NCBI GenBank assembly: GCA_964016885.1
Contig: OZ024740.1
Span: forward strand, 49,662,001 to 49,726,000
DNA length: 64,000 nt
Direction of reading: 5' to 3'
Source: Eledone cirrhosa
Taxonomy: Eukaryota
The notes under the pieces are model-generated. The model was given only the letters and a program-made list of their open reading frames with translations. It was not told the origin of the DNA and ran no database searches. This document shows positions 40,182 to 55,083 of this stretch, piece after piece; position 1 is the first letter of the stretch, and every line of letters starts with the position of its first letter. The translations under genes were made by a program, and so were the position numbers.

Positions 40182-43100
40182 TAACTATTGTTTTATGAGT
40201 TATAGAGAATGATTCATTTATTCAAAACGACATGTAAAACCATTTATAAATTTCTTACCTAAAGATTTTGCATGTATTTAATAGTAAAATTTGATTTTAG
40301 CCAAAAGGGCGAGATTACTAATTCATAAAAGTGATAGTACTTGCCCCTCATTAAAAATGAAAGGACACAACGGTATCTAGATACTTGTGTCATAAATTGA
40401 CATTTTTTTTAGTTATAACATTTTTCTTTGCTCACCGAACGGTTTAATGATAATTATAAAAATTGTATCTAAAATGTAGATACTATATTTAGAAAAATAT
40501 TACAATATAATTTAGAAAACATTTTAAGATTCACGTGTAATTATTATTATTCTAGAAGTTCTTTTATCACAATATTCACAGTAAAGCTGCAAGTTCTATA
40601 AATATTTTTTTTGTTTTCCATCGTTATTTATCAGTATATTACAATTGTTCTTCTTTCCTTGCTTAAAGCAACATAAAGCTAACCTCTCATTTTAATTCTC
40701 TCACTTTAACTAATTTTTTTCATGCTGCTCCTACTATCACTCATTAACGTCGCATTTGTCATTTGATAGCCTCCTACTTTAACACTGTTTCTTTAGCATG
40801 ACGGCAAATAAATAAAATGTTCTAAATATATGTGAATTGAAAAAGAGAGCATTGGATTAAAGGATTCTTGAAGTATTTGCTTCACATTCTTCGATTCTGA
40901 ATTGACACTTTATAGATGTTAACTTTATACTCATTACTCTGGAGTTCACAAGAATAATTGCCAGTGACCTACCATGGTCGATTCTGTCAGTTTACTTCCT
41001 ATCCCCCACCCAATATATTTCCTGCCTTTTCAAAAGAACCACTATTCTGTATATCATGACAAATCTTTTTAAGTAGTCTTTGACATTCATAAATGTGGGG
41101 TCAGTAAAATGTGTACCAAATTGATATAGTACACAAAACAATGAGTTATATCGACTATACTCCCCCCATTTAGTCCTCGAATTGACTACAAACCAACGTG
41201 AGAACTTCTACATAGTCTACTAAAAGCAACAGCAAAATCCCCCCTCCCAAATCACACCCTACCGTTTAAAACAAAGGACTTTAAATAATGTTGTCATAAA
41301 TATCATTAAAAATCGTCTCATTTGAAATACCTTTGATTTCAGATTGCCCAATCCGGGTTTACCTAGGTCTATCTAAACAAACAACAACAACGACGACAAC
41401 GCCGATTGATAAAATTGTGTCTGTGCCTTCTACAAATCAAATACATTTTTGGTAAAACTGTAAGAGAATCATTTCTGCAATCTTAAATTTCTTAATCAGA
41501 TATTCGTTTGTAGCAATATTTAAAGTGTCTTATAATTCTTATTGCCATTTAATATGTTAGAAGAAGATTCTAAGTTTTAAATTATACAATAGATTCAGAA
41601 AGTTGTGTCTGGCTATTTCACCCGGTTTTATAAGCATTATACCGGATATTTATTATGCCAAACTCTTTCTTTCTCTCATTCTCCCATCTGCTTCTTTCTT
41701 TCTCCTTTTCCATCTTTCTTTCTTCCTTTCTTTATATATTCTTTCTTTTTTCTCATTCTTTCTCTTTGTGTATATATCTATCTGTGAATGTGGTTGTATG
41801 TATATATACATTATGTAAATGTGAAACAGTTCAATACGATTAAATTAATAAATACTTAATGAGCAATTATATAAGATAATTGGCATCCTAGCACTTTTCG
41901 ATGGCAGTATTAAATCAGTATCATTAAATGATTGTCTTCAAACAGCTCTATTGTGTTCATTTATTTAAATAATCATTGGAGAATTTCATTAATTATACCA
42001 ATATGTGTATTTCATTTCTCCTATAGTAATACAATTAAAACTCTATTCGCTTTTTCAAATATTTCGTTACAACCTTTGCACAATACATTTAGACAAGAGA
42101 CAAACTGGTAGAATTGGTAGCGCATCGGATTAAGAGTATTGTTCCGGCTCTTTGATCTCTGAGGTCAAATCTCGCTCAAGTCAACTTTGCTTTTCAATAT
42201 CTCAGGATTGATAAATAACATATCCGTCCAGTGAGTGTATTGGTAGATTTGTTCTGAGTTTTCCTGCAACGTCATTGGCACCAAGTTTTATTAACCCTTG
42301 CCTTTCCTTTAGATAAAATCGGTGAGACTTGCATGTATGGACGATCGCTATTTTACCACAAAACTTTGCCTAGAACTGCAGCTTGCAATAGATCTATGCT
42401 TGAAGGAGACATACAAAGGCCTCGTAAAATGTACCTAAAACTACATTATCCAATATGTACTTTTTAAGTGAGTGATACAATGAGTATTTGGCTAATGTAT
42501 CTAACAGATTTAGCGGTGACATAGAGGTTCCCTGGTTAACACGTCATATATATATTGTGTCAAGGTGGAATAAGAAAATTAGAAAGTTACTGGACAGTTT
42601 CTTTCTAAATACGTTTGGCTGGTTGACAGACAATGATGCACTATAGCTAGCAGCTTTTAAATATATATTTCTAAGATATTCTTTCTATGTTTTTATAACA
42701 TGAAAAAAAAAAATGTTGTAATCGGAAAAAAGAAGTATTGATTTCTTTTCACTAGAAATAACGTTAAGCTTTGAAAAGGAGAGTTAGGAATAGATTTGAT
42801 GGACTCCAGTAGGTTGTTGACAACATATAGTATTCAACAAAAAATATAGCATCCCTTACAAAGTATCCAGTTTCCCGTATCTCCAACGTACTGAAGCTCA
42901 AATTTGGCTATGGTCTCACCATTTCCCTTATACTTATAAACACATTTTGAACAATTCGGAGATAATAAATATTCTATACGCATGTTTTCCCTATAGTGTT
43001 TACAATGAAAAATATAACATTGCTAAAAGTAAACGATCTAAACCTTTGTGTCCTATCCAATTGAATATGTATACGTTATAATAGATAAACAGATGGTCTG

Positions 43101-44082
43101 ACTTTGAATGTATCTTCCAGAATGTAAATACTTTTCACACATCGCCTTCAGAGAATGAAAAATGGACGAACATTAAGATATAAAACCTCAGTATTATACA
43201 CTGAGTTGATTAATCCTCGTTCTATTATATTAGTAGAAAATACCTTGAAAATATATATTGAGATAGCAATTGGCAAGAGCAGCGTATAAGAATATTATGG
43301 AAGCGTTCTATGTACCATACTTATTTCCTCACAAATAAAATGATAATTAGAATCAGGTAAGTCTAAGCAGTAAGAAGATAGTGGTTATAATAGATAATGA
43401 CTATAATAGATAGTCATTGCTAAGAGTATCAATAGTTGGTACTCAGAGCTTTTACTTGCTATTAACCAAGAAGCCCCAAAGCAACATACATAGAGAATGA
43501 GTAATGGCAGTAATGAGAATATGTCAACTAGAGAAAATATGTTGAATATTAAGGCCCAACAAACAATTCTGTTATATGAAGTACAAAATAAAAGAAGCAT
43601 GACACACAGACTAAGAAGGATGTGGAGGCGGGGACAAAGACAAATGTACAAACAAATAAATTCGAGTGAGAAACTCATTATAACAAACTGACAATCGTGA
43701 ATGACTCAGATAACTGATTTGAAGTGACTAAATACTTGAAGAATAAAAAGAATCACACATTTTCGACGGGGAAACATTATATCTCCAACAGAATATAAAA
43801 ACTGTATAGAAGCCAATGAAGCAACATAAATAATTCTATATGACTGAAAAACAGCAAGAGACACTATCTTATGCTGCAGAGAGTGTTCTCATGTATATGA
43901 ACCATAGGGAAATGAACCGATCTTCACATGCACGCACACATGTATATACTCACACAAAAAAACTTCAAATCTTTAAACAAATGCGCGTGTATGTGTATAC
44001 ATGTATTTTTTTTATACGCCATGTACATTTGTACGTATATTTCACTCTTTATCTCTTTATATATAAATGTGTGTGTGTGTGT

Positions 44083-44169
<87 letters not shown>

Positions 44170-44294
44170 GTAAATGGGAAATAACACAGCAAGCAATGTA
44201 GTACAATGAGAATAATTTATTAGTTTCACACTTATACGTATGTTGTCATTCTTTATCTCTTTATATATATATATATATATATATGCGAAAAGTA

Positions 44295-44343
<49 letters not shown>

Positions 44344-44493
44344 AAAGCTAAACAGAAATAACAACACAATCGGTACAGTATATGGAAGGTATATATTAGG
44401 TTAACGCTTGATATAGCAGGAAGAGGGTCTTAATGCGAAAAGTATATATATTATATATATATATAAAACCACAGACCCTCCATCTCAACTCTA

Positions 44494-44529
44494 CTTTTGA
44501 AAAGCAGAAGAACTGCGAAACCGGTAAAG
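44494..44529 (+). ncRNA. Minimal hammerhead ribozyme with U3-A8 core
   Basis: CTT-TTGAAAA-GCAG-AAGAA-CTGC-GAAA-CCGG-TA-AAG; palindromic stem III ACCGGT, GUA site. Confidence 0.75.
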
Positions 44530-45289
44530 GATCCAAATAAATATATATTTAAAAAAAAAAAGACTCCAGTTGCATTTTCGATTTCATCTTTTTTCCTTAT
44601 ATATATTTCCGTATCAAATTTTACATATACTTCGTACGAGCATTTATGTAGTTTGCAATAGAACTTTTGTATCGTGGCGGCACGCTTAGAGATAGTATTA
44701 GTATTCTTTTTCGGGATTCTGAATTATTATTTCGTATTAGTTTACTTTTTTGTACTGGGTGGTTGCTAGCCTTGTGCCTGGGGTAGAAACCTTTATTTAT
44801 TATTTCGTGGTAGTTTCTTTAGTATTTTGGCCCCTCACTTGTTGACCCGTCACCGTAAGATATACTCGGTTTATTACTTATACCTCTTAAAAGGGTCTCA
44901 TTATAATTCCGTCCCACCTAGTAAACCTTTCTTTAGCCTAGCAGTACCAGTGAGATACTTAGGTCGTAGTAACCAGAAATTGTTTATTTTTTTTTTACAT
45001 TTAATTGCTTTTTAACACTCTCGGTATTTTTCTATATATTTACCCCATATTGTTTTACTAATTGTTTCGACCCCCCTCCCCCTCCCTAGTATCTTCTTTG
45101 ACCTCGTGCCCAGCTATAGTCGGCACTATTAACGCATGACTGGGTCTCCCCCACCCCCTATCCCTCTTTCTCCTACTGGCAGGTTCAGCTACCCCTTCCC
45201 TCCACAAATTGCCATCATAGAATTATTATGTCTCAACAACAAACTTTTGACCAATCCTTGTGACAATCAACTTTACCATATATGGAATT

Positions 45290-45385
45290 ACCCCTTGAGA
45301 AGCTTGGCTATTCAAATACCAGGATAAAAATGTTCATTTAGTCCAGAATTAGCCGTCGAAACGGCTTGAGCTCAGCCGTCGGGGT
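45290..45385 (+). ncRNA. Type I hammerhead ribozyme with U3-A8 core (diverged member of the 24954 family)
   Basis: ACCCC-TTGAGAA-GCTTGGCTA...TAGCCGTC-GAAA-CGGC-TTGAGCTCA-GCCG-TC-GGGGT, followed by the family tail to ~45478 and (TA)n. Confidence 0.8.
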
Positions 45386-45671
45386 CCTACTCGTTCCTAT
45401 TACCCACTCTACTACCCTAAGTATTGAGTACTTTGGTGCGTTATGGTCCACCTGGTTCCTTACCACATTTCCTCCGTTATATATATATATATATATATAT
45501 ACATATACGAAAAGTAAACGGGAAACAACACAGCAAACCATACAGTACAATGTGGGTAATTTATTAGTTTAACGCCTGATGTGTATATATATATATATAC
45601 GTACGTTATTCTGGGTTGAGTCGGAGGTAACCACAGTAAGTAAGATACTCAATACATTGCAGAGTAAAAAA

Positions 45672-45759
45672 GTTTTAATATAGATGAGATTCTACATGAT
45701 TCCTGATGATTTCTAAAGAATGAAACAGTTCTAGTCCTGTAGAATCTCATCTATATTAA

Positions 45760-45762
<3 letters not shown>
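45672..45762. repeat. 25-bp fold-back enclosing a hammerhead-like core (45698-45736, plus strand)
   Basis: GTTTTAATATAGATGAGATTCTACA / TGTAGAATCTCATCTATATTAAAAC around CTGATGA-TTTC-TAAA-GAAT-GAAA-CAGT-TC; homologous to ~24225-24350. Confidence 0.65.
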
Positions 45763-45804
<42 letters not shown>

Positions 45805-45815
45805 TAGATAGATAG

Positions 45816-46026
<211 letters not shown>

Positions 46027-46225
46027 GAGAGAGAGGTAGATAGATAGATAGATATAAATCCATATTTGTTCAAAGATGAGAAATCATGTCGCCTTTATTC
46101 TAAGAATACATAAATAAATTCATTTAAATGTATTAAGTACGTAAGTACGTTTCTCCTATTTTCCATATATAATTAGAAAGCACAGTATGAAAACAAGATT
46201 AAAATAATCTGATTCTTTTTATTTA

Positions 46226-46393
46226 CCGTATTTCCCAGCGCCGAAGACGCTTTCTCCTCGAGGATGCCCCCTAATTTTGACAACCAAAAATTTGAAAAAA
46301 AATAATAAAGAAAGTTCGCCCTCCAGGACGCATGGTAGATTTTTTAGACTTATTTTAGGGAAAAAGTAGCGTCTTCGACGCCGGGAACTACAG
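46226..46393. mobile_element. Tc1/pogo-type MITE
   Basis: TA|CCGTATTTCCCAGCGCCGAAGACGC ... GCGTCTTCGACGCCGGGAACTACAG|TA; TA TSD. Confidence 0.8.
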
Positions 46394-47141
46394 TATATTC
46401 TTCTTGCGTTTTAACATAGGCGAATCACTGAAAGTGAGAGAGAAAAATTGACTCCAGTACATGATTGGTACTTTATTTATCTACCTCAGAAAAATGAAAC
46501 GCGCGCCAAGATTTGAACTAAGAGTGGAAACAGCCGAAACAAATGTATTTAAGTGTGACCTAGGAATTAGACAGATCACATAAAAACGGCAAATTAACAA
46601 AAATGAAAAGAAAAACAACAAAGGCAACAGCAATGTCGTTATTTAGTAACGTCCACTTTCTGGTTAGTTTTTCTTTTCATTCCAACTTTTTCTGGTGTCC
46701 TTGGCCCTAGGGCTACCTCCCTATTCCCCACCATAGGCGCTGAGCTAGCCAGGTGTGAGCCTCGTGAGTTGGAATGGCTTTTCCAGCGCATCTCCCTTAC
46801 CATCCTCCGGGGAAACACCTTCTCCATCCTGTCCACCGGGGCTGTGGGGAGGCCAGCACGTGGGACCCCATTTGCTCACCATACGGATTAATAGGCAAAG
46901 TTATAAACTATTGTAAATAAACCTATTTATTTCACTAAAAAAAACTTTTTTGGTGTGTCGAACAAATAATTACTAGTTAAGTACTAAAGGTGAATATAAT
47001 CAGATTTACCGTTTCAATTAGACATGCGGTTTTGTCGACTTTCTATTTCAACTTTCTGAAACCAGTCATGTTAAGTATTTGGTTATAATTGACTATATCA
47101 CCTAACAAAATGTGTTGTCTTATAAATCCTATATTATAAAT

Positions 47142-48214
47142 CAGAGGTTCTGAAAGTGGATGCTACTCCCAGCCCCACCCCCTGGGGTGTTAAGAAGGTC
47201 CATAGGGCACGGGGGCGTAGAGATGGTAGAGATATATATTATAATTATCAAATGATACATATTATATATAAATATAGTCAAATAAAATATATATAATATT
47301 TATTTATACATAGTATATATTATATCATTTTGAAAAAATGAAATTTCATTTCTCACTCTTAGTACGGCTGATACTTAAATATAAGTATGTATACGTACAT
47401 ACATAAATGTATACAGACGTACAGTAGTATGAATATACATACATACATGCACACATATATTTTGTTCAACACTGACAAAGGAACGATGAACTAGTTTCAA
47501 GCTTATTAGCTGTCATCAGCACCGTATACCTTCCTCTCAGTTGATTGAACGTCTGAAAGTATATACTTTCCTTATGCATATTAACGGCTGAGCAGCCTAA
47601 TTTGCATATCGAGTGAGTTAATCGGCCGGGCGTACCGAAAACGATAAATGGAAAAAATGAAATTTCATTTCTCACTCTTAGTACGGCTGATACTTAAATA
47701 TAAGTATGTATACGTACATACATATATGTATACAGACGTACAGTAGTATGTATATACATACATACATGCACACATATACATATGTACGTATGGGTTTACC
47801 GAACATTTATTATAATGCTCGGTTTGTTTGTAAACAAACAGCCCGAATTATTAGCCGTACAGTGTTCGGCAACCATCGTTGCCATTTTGTTGAACTAGTT
47901 TCTAGCTTATTAGCTGTCAGCAGCATCGTATACCTTCCCCGAGCATTATAATAAACGTTCGGTAAAACCATACGTACATATATATATATGTGTGCATGTA
48001 TGTATATACATACTACTGTACGTCTGTATACATATATGTATGTACGTATACATACTTATATTATATTATTTATTATAGATAAATTAACGATTTTATTTAT
48101 TATATATCATTTATAAATTACGTGTAGGCAGGTCTCTCTGGAAATAGGGTTGGGGGCGCTGAGGGTGTTATGTGGTTGTGAGAGGGAGTGAGCCACAACG
48201 TTTGAGAACCTCTG
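47142..48214. mobile_element. hAT non-autonomous element with nested HHR-repeat insertion (~47330-48062)
   Basis: TIRs CAGAGGTTCT(G)AAA / TTTGAGAACCTCTG; 8-bp TSD TTATAAAT at 47134-47141 and 48215-48222. Confidence 0.88.
47483..47525 (-). ncRNA. Type I minimal hammerhead ribozyme (22115 family)
   Basis: ACGGTG-CTGATGA-CAGC-TAATAA-GCTT-GAAA-CTAG-TT-CATCGT; a core-mutated copy lies at ~47891-47929. Confidence 0.8.
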
Positions 48215-49169
48215 TTATAAATCCTCATCATTTTCTTTAACAGTGGAAGCTGCTTAATGTTATCAAATGTTTATTGTTATCAATATGTGTTTCAAACGCT
48301 GTCGAGATGTGTGCCGTCCTTCGGGGAAACGCCTTCTCCATTCTGGTGGGGAGACAAGCCGATAATATTACGAATTCTGTTGAATAGTCCTATATATTGT
48401 GTAGCCACCTACTTTTATATAGTTGTTCTCTAACTTGTCTAGCAAGGCAGTAACTCTGAATAATAATTAACTCAGAATGTAGCAACCAATCCAATCAATG
48501 CCAGGAGAGTAAAAGGGCATAAAATGACGATGATGATGATAATTATCTGTGTAACTAGATTAGAACAAGATTCGATCTCTGATCCCTATAATTTACTACA
48601 TCTACTACTTAATGTTGGTTAATGATATCAAAAATGCTCCGCTCTAAAGTTATCTCGATAAGCGGCTTTCATTGTATTATATTCTTGTACTCATTGATGT
48701 TTTCGTATTTTATTTCCACTTTATTTATCATCAAATCAAAGTTAACAGATATATTTCAAAAAAAAAATCTAATAATTATGCTGTCGATAAATGTTTGTAT
48801 TATAATATTGAATAAAAACACAGAAAAAGAGTGTTTCAACTAGAGAGGAGTTCTTTCTTCCTTCTAATAGAGACTATGTATGTCAGTTTGATCAAAAGTA
48901 ACAGCCCCCTTCTAGGAACGTCATCTTTTTCATCAAATAAAATCTATGTCATTGACACAGACACTCATTAGATAGAAAGTCTGAAGTCATTTCAAACATA
49001 CTTCTTTTTTATCGTTTCTTTAATTTTTTTTTTTTTTTTTTTTTTTTCCAAAATTTCAAAAAGCATCTTTGTTTAATTTTTCATTCACCAACATCAAATA
49101 AAAACATTGAAAAGTGTACAGAAGCTGGAGATAAAAGTAATTTGATCTGAAAAACTTTCTCATTCTGGT

Positions 49170-50050
49170 CTCCTCTCTCTCTGTCTTTCTGTCTCTCTCT
49201 CTCTCTTTCTCTGTCTCTCTCTCTATCTATCTATCTATCTTCTCCCTCACTTTCTACCTTCCCCTATCCCCCTTCCTTACTCTCTCTCTCTATCTATCTA
49301 TCTATCTATTTATTTTCTCTCTCACTTTCTACCTTCCCCTATCCTCCTTCCTTACTCTCTCTCTCACTCTCTCTCTCTACCTTATCTCCATCTCTCTCCT
49401 CCCTTAATCTCTTTCTTTCTCACTATCTATTTCGATCTAATTTCTTTCATTCTAACTCTCTCCCTTTTCCCTTCTCTTTACCCAGTCACCCATCCTGTCT
49501 TATGTATGTCTCTGTCAGTTTGCTGGTCTGTTTGTCTCTCTCTAAATATGTGTTTATATGTATCTCCCTCCAGCTCTCACACACTCTCAATCTCTCCCTC
49601 TTTCCCCATCTCTCTCTCTCTCCCTATCTCCCCCATCTCTCCCCATCTCTCTCTCCCTCTCTCCCCCATCTTTCCCCATCTCTCTCTCTATCTCTCCCTC
49701 TCTCCCCATCTCTCCCTCTCTCCCCCATCACTCCCCCTCTCTCTCTCCCATCTCTCTCTCTCACTCTCTGCCCATCTCTCTCTTCCCCATCACTCCTTAT
49801 CCCCCCTCCTCTCCCATCTCTCTCTCTCTTTCACTTTCTCACCCTCTCTCCTCCATCTCTCTCTCCCTTCTTCCCCACCTCTCTCTCCCTCTCCCATCTC
49901 TCTCTCCCTCCCTCCTCCATTTCTCTCTCTTCCTCTCTCTCTCTATCTCTCTCTCTCTCGCCTATCTTTCTCTCTCAGCAATGTTTCTTCTCTCTCTCAC
50001 TCTCTCTCCTACAAGCTTACTCCTCTTCTACACGTCTCTCTCACACACTC
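49170..50050. repeat. Long CT-rich low-complexity tract
   Basis: (CT)n and CTCCCCAT-type repeats; overlapping S/L/P ORFs are artefacts. Confidence 0.9.
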
Positions 50051-50826
50051 TAATTACTCTCCATACATTTTGCTTCAAGTAGAAATTTCTACAAGAAATC
50101 TTGTTTTAATAAATTTATCTAATTAATCAAATGTCTGTAAATTTTTAGCTAATATTATTAATTGGAGAATTTAATGAATTTATACTTTTTAAATATAATC
50201 ATTCTTCTTTGTTTTAATGCTCTCCCCTCCCCTCCCCTACTCCTCGTCTACCCTCCCCACAACCCACCCCGACACCATTAATTCTTCATTATTACACGAA
50301 TTGGCATAATCGGTAGAGGGTCAGACGCCATGCTTTGACGCATAGAGTTACGGCTCTTGCCATTCTGAGTTCAAATCCCGCCGATGTTAACTTTGCCTAT
50401 CATCCTTACGGCGTCGATAAAATAAAGTACCAGTAATACACTGGGTTATTGCTGCCCTTGTACCAAAAGTAGAAACAATTATTACACACATACACAGAAA
50501 TGGTGAGGTAAATTGATCCTTCGATCGTTTCAGTGATGAGTATTCTTGTTATTATCTAAATGGGTGAGTATTCTACAGATAATTGTGCCTTTCCCGTAAT
50601 CCTAGGGCACAATCAAGTATTGTCCATCCGACGATTCTTCTCAGTTTTCTTCTACCTAATTTTACTGAAAGATTTGGTTTGATCTGAGATTATTGAGATT
50701 ATATTTGGCCAAGATGCCGTAATGTGGTATCAAATTCGGGATCTCATACTCACGAAACGAACTTCTACATCATTTAACTATGCCAGTGCCCACAAGCGTA
50801 CTTACTCACAGCCTGTCTCTTTATTG

Positions 50827-50896
<70 letters not shown>

Positions 50897-50989
50897 ACAT
50901 AAATACACACACATACACTTTCTCTCTCATACACACATACTTATATATATATATATATTACATATATTATATATATATTATATATATTA

Positions 50990-52958
50990 CTAGCAGATTT
51001 ACCCGGCGTTGTTCGGGGTTTGAAATTATGCTAAGAGTATACAGCTATGAAGTAAAAAAAGAACCTTATTTGTCCCCAACCTGTCAAAATAAGCAGAAGT
51101 CTTCAATAATTAATGCAAATGAATATTTAGTTCAATCTTTGTACACATAAAACTATGCTGATAATGAAGGAAAACACTGAACAGGATGTAGTTATACAAA
51201 TGATTAAAGACAATACACGTTGCAAATCTGTAAAAAAACAGGCAGTTTTGCTAAAGTACAAAAAGTTGTAATGAAAGCAGAGTTGTATACAAACAAAAAA
51301 ACAATGAGAGTAGAATAAGAGAAAATCTATTCTTTGAGAAGATCCTTTGCTGTGTATGGTTAAATTTTTAACTTATAATCCAAAATATTCTGCATGACAT
51401 ATTCATTGGTATGTTTTGTAATGAGTAAGGTGAAGTCAAGGCAGAGCTGTAATAATATTTTTTTTAACACTAAAGCACTTCAGGATAGACGATATTCTTT
51501 GTTTTTCTTTTCGGAACAAACGCAAAGAAATTATCTCGACTGCCAACTCGAAAGAGGTCATTTGAAACGCAATGTTGTACTGTCGGATATGGTTCCGAAA
51601 ATCACGTGATTGTGAATGCTTATCTGTTAGAAGCATCTGGAGAGGTTGCGGTGGTTCCCTAAGGATGGACAAATTAACCTTACCGTTGGAGAAGACAAAC
51701 CAGCTGATTCTCCTTTTTAGCTTTACAATGTTGGCAAGTATTTGACATGGCATATATTTGAATATCAGGATGGATTTGATAGATTACATTAGGGTCATAA
51801 TTAACTGCCTTCAGGTAATATAGTGAGCGTAATGCCTTTGAAATACCCCGCGATAAAGCTCTACATTGAGCGTTACCCTCCAGCCAAATAGCTCGACTTG
51901 TTACAGTCTCTACAGCTCGTGCCGTAGCAGTAGCTGAAGCATTTCTCAATTGGCGACTTTGATGTTCTTGCTCAGTCTCAATTGCTCTTGCTGTAACATT
52001 AGCTGAAGCATTACGCGCACGGCATCTTTCATATTTTTGTATTGTCTCTGCAGATCTTGCTGCAGCAGTATCTGTAGCATCCATAGCAAGGCGTGTTTCA
52101 CGTTGCTCTGTAGTCTCTGCAGCTCGTGCTGCAGCAGTTGCTTCAGCATTATTGGTTCACCGCACTAACCGACGCTCAGCGGTGGACAAAGATGTTTCAA
52201 TAACTGTACTCACCACATTTAGTGATTGTCTATTTTCGGTGATCGGCGGAGCGTCATTTACACGCATTGTTTTCTTCGACCGATAGCCAATATTTGCATA
52301 CTTTCTTTTACGGGGCATATTTGGTGAAAAGTTGTAAAGTCAAACTGTATGAATTGAAGCGTTACAGTTAACTTTGAAAGTGCAACAAATTTTTTTTCTG
52401 TATCAACATGGCTTATGAAAGTTTTAAAAATGTAAAAGTTGTAGGTCCCAATGGTTTGAATGGAAAGTCCCATAACGATTGTTCTAAAAATAAACAAACC
52501 ATCATCAAAATCTCGTCAATTCGAGACTGCTGCGAGATTAGGTCCTTAACGCGAAAATTAACACTTAATATAGTGAAACAAGTTAAAACAACAAGTGTTT
52601 TTTTAACTTTGAAAGTGTAACAAAGAATAAACAAGAAACAAACGATAATATTAGTGATTTATCTTGAAATGAATGTGATGTTTATATTTCTGAAAAGTTG
52701 GTTATCTCCCTTTTTTATAAGGATTGTCAATAAAGTTTGTTATCTCCCTTACATCAATTTTTCTACCGGTAATTTTGATATCGATTTTTTATTGCTCAAC
52801 GTGGGTCGATCTTAAAAATGTTTGTGATGTAACAATCTTAGCGACCTGTGCAACGTGCACAGAAAATTGGGTCAAATTCAGTTGGTAATTGTAAAAGCCT
52901 TAAGTATGCAAAGTTGTACACAGACACACACACATCCTCGCTTTTATTTATATAAAGA
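50990..52958 (-). mobile_element. Internally deleted Helitron
   Basis: Minus strand 5' A|TCTTTATATAAATAAAAG at 52958 and 3' CCCGAACAACGCCGGG hairpin ... CTAG|T at 50990; contains a RepHel N-terminal remnant. Confidence 0.88.
51510..52318 (-). pseudogene. Helitron RepHel N-terminal remnant (ETxE repeats, Cys-rich motif)
   Basis: Begins MPRKRKYANIG (ATG 52318); frameshifted ARAxET repeats, NYDP, MSNTCQHCKAKK, GKVNLSILREPPQPL, FRNHIRQYNIAFQMTSF. Confidence 0.85.
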
Positions 52959-53036
52959 TATATATATATACTGAGGCTCCGCTAAGGGGAAACAATTGTT
53001 CTCGGTACGGTGAACTAACTGTTGTGTAACCACTTC

Positions 53037-53127
<91 letters not shown>

Positions 53128-53132
<5 letters not shown>

Positions 53133-53245
53133 TAGAGTGGGTAAAGGAAAAGGTTTGACCCCGACGGCAGAGCTCAAGCCTTTTCGTCGGCTATTTCTGG
53201 GCTCAAATAATCCAGAAATAGCCGTCGGGGTCAAACTTTTTCCTA
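53128..53245. mobile_element. Short fold-back copy of the U3-A8 HHR family
   Basis: Homologous to 16631-16740; forward arm lacks stem III. Confidence 0.8.
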
Positions 53246-53269
53246 TATATATATATAGAGAGAGAGAGA

Positions 53270-53317
<48 letters not shown>

Positions 53318-54494
53318 AAACATTTATTCCTCCTATTGCTATGTTGTCTTATTTCTATTCTATTTGTATTTCTTGAGTCGTTGGCAGTATCGGTAGAGAG
53401 TCGGACGCCATGCTTTGAAGCATAGAGTTACGTCCCTTTATGATCTGAGTTCAAATCCCGCCGAGGTTAACTTTGCCTTTCATCCTTACGGGGTCGATAA
53501 AATAAAGTACCAGTAATGTACTGGTTAATTGCTGGCCTTGTGCCAAAAGTAGAAACAATTATTTCTATTCTATTTCAAATATTATGATAAACATTCTTAT
53601 GTTAAAGACTGACACTACTCTTATCTTTTACAAATTAGTTTAGCCACGACTTTCGATTAGCCTTTCTTATATCAAAGATATGTGAGCTGACAAGGGGAGA
53701 AATCTTAGAGTTAGACGTACATACTATATGGAAACCGATGTAAATGTAGTTGTCAAGAAAGTAATGTACGGAAGAATAGAGAGAGATTAAATAATTTAAT
53801 TACCTCTTAGAAGTCTTATAAAAACAGAGGTATTTTGACAGCGGATTGCAAGAAAAACTGAACCGGAAGTGATCAGTTTCGGAAGTCAATTGAAATGGAG
53901 CCATTGAAAGAAAAAATTGTATAAATTGAAATACGTAAATGATACAAAATATAATTATTTCTGTAGATTGTATAGTATATCATACAAGCTACATACAATA
54001 TAAAGTGGGTACTGATTTTAAATAACACATACACACACATGCAAGCATAATGGTAGATGGAAGTATATTCCAAACGTGAGCACACAGTTACAGATATTTG
54101 GTGTTTTCTTTCGTACATTCAAGCTGTTCTTATCTCCAGATCATGCCTGATCGAAAAACATCTACGATTAAATAGACATATGTGACCTTCAAGTATCTTT
54201 CTATAGACATATTAAAACAATAGTGGCCAATGAATCCCTATTTTTTTATCAAAAGTTACAGTGGGTTTAAGGGAGATTTGGGGACTATTTCTAACAGCCC
54301 AAGCGACTACATAGAGGTTGCTGCATTGGTTTGTTTATGACAATTACACAAATGTCAAAACTCCCACTTCATCCGTCTTTTATGAACAATTAATACAACA
54401 GGAAAGCCCCAGTTTACCCTTTGTGATATACTATCATAGAGTCAGAGAATGTAAGGTACGGAAACGGATATACTTTTTCTATACACACACATAT

Positions 54495-54616
<122 letters not shown>

Positions 54617-54702
54617 ATACTTTGTTATAACCAAGAAGATATATATATATCTATATATACATGGAATGTAGAAAAAATCTTCTGAACAATCTTTTTCCTC
54701 TC

Positions 54703-54883
<181 letters not shown>

Positions 54884-55052
54884 ATGATAATAATATAATC
54901 GTATTAATGAGAAAGGATATAGTTTGTGGAAATGTTAAGCGTAGGGTTTGAATTCTGAATCAAAAGGCAGGATATTAATGAGAAATACTCATCGTAGTTA
55001 TTCATTTTTATCATTGAATATTTGTATGTATGTATGTATGTATGTATGTATG

Positions 55053-55083
<31 letters not shown>

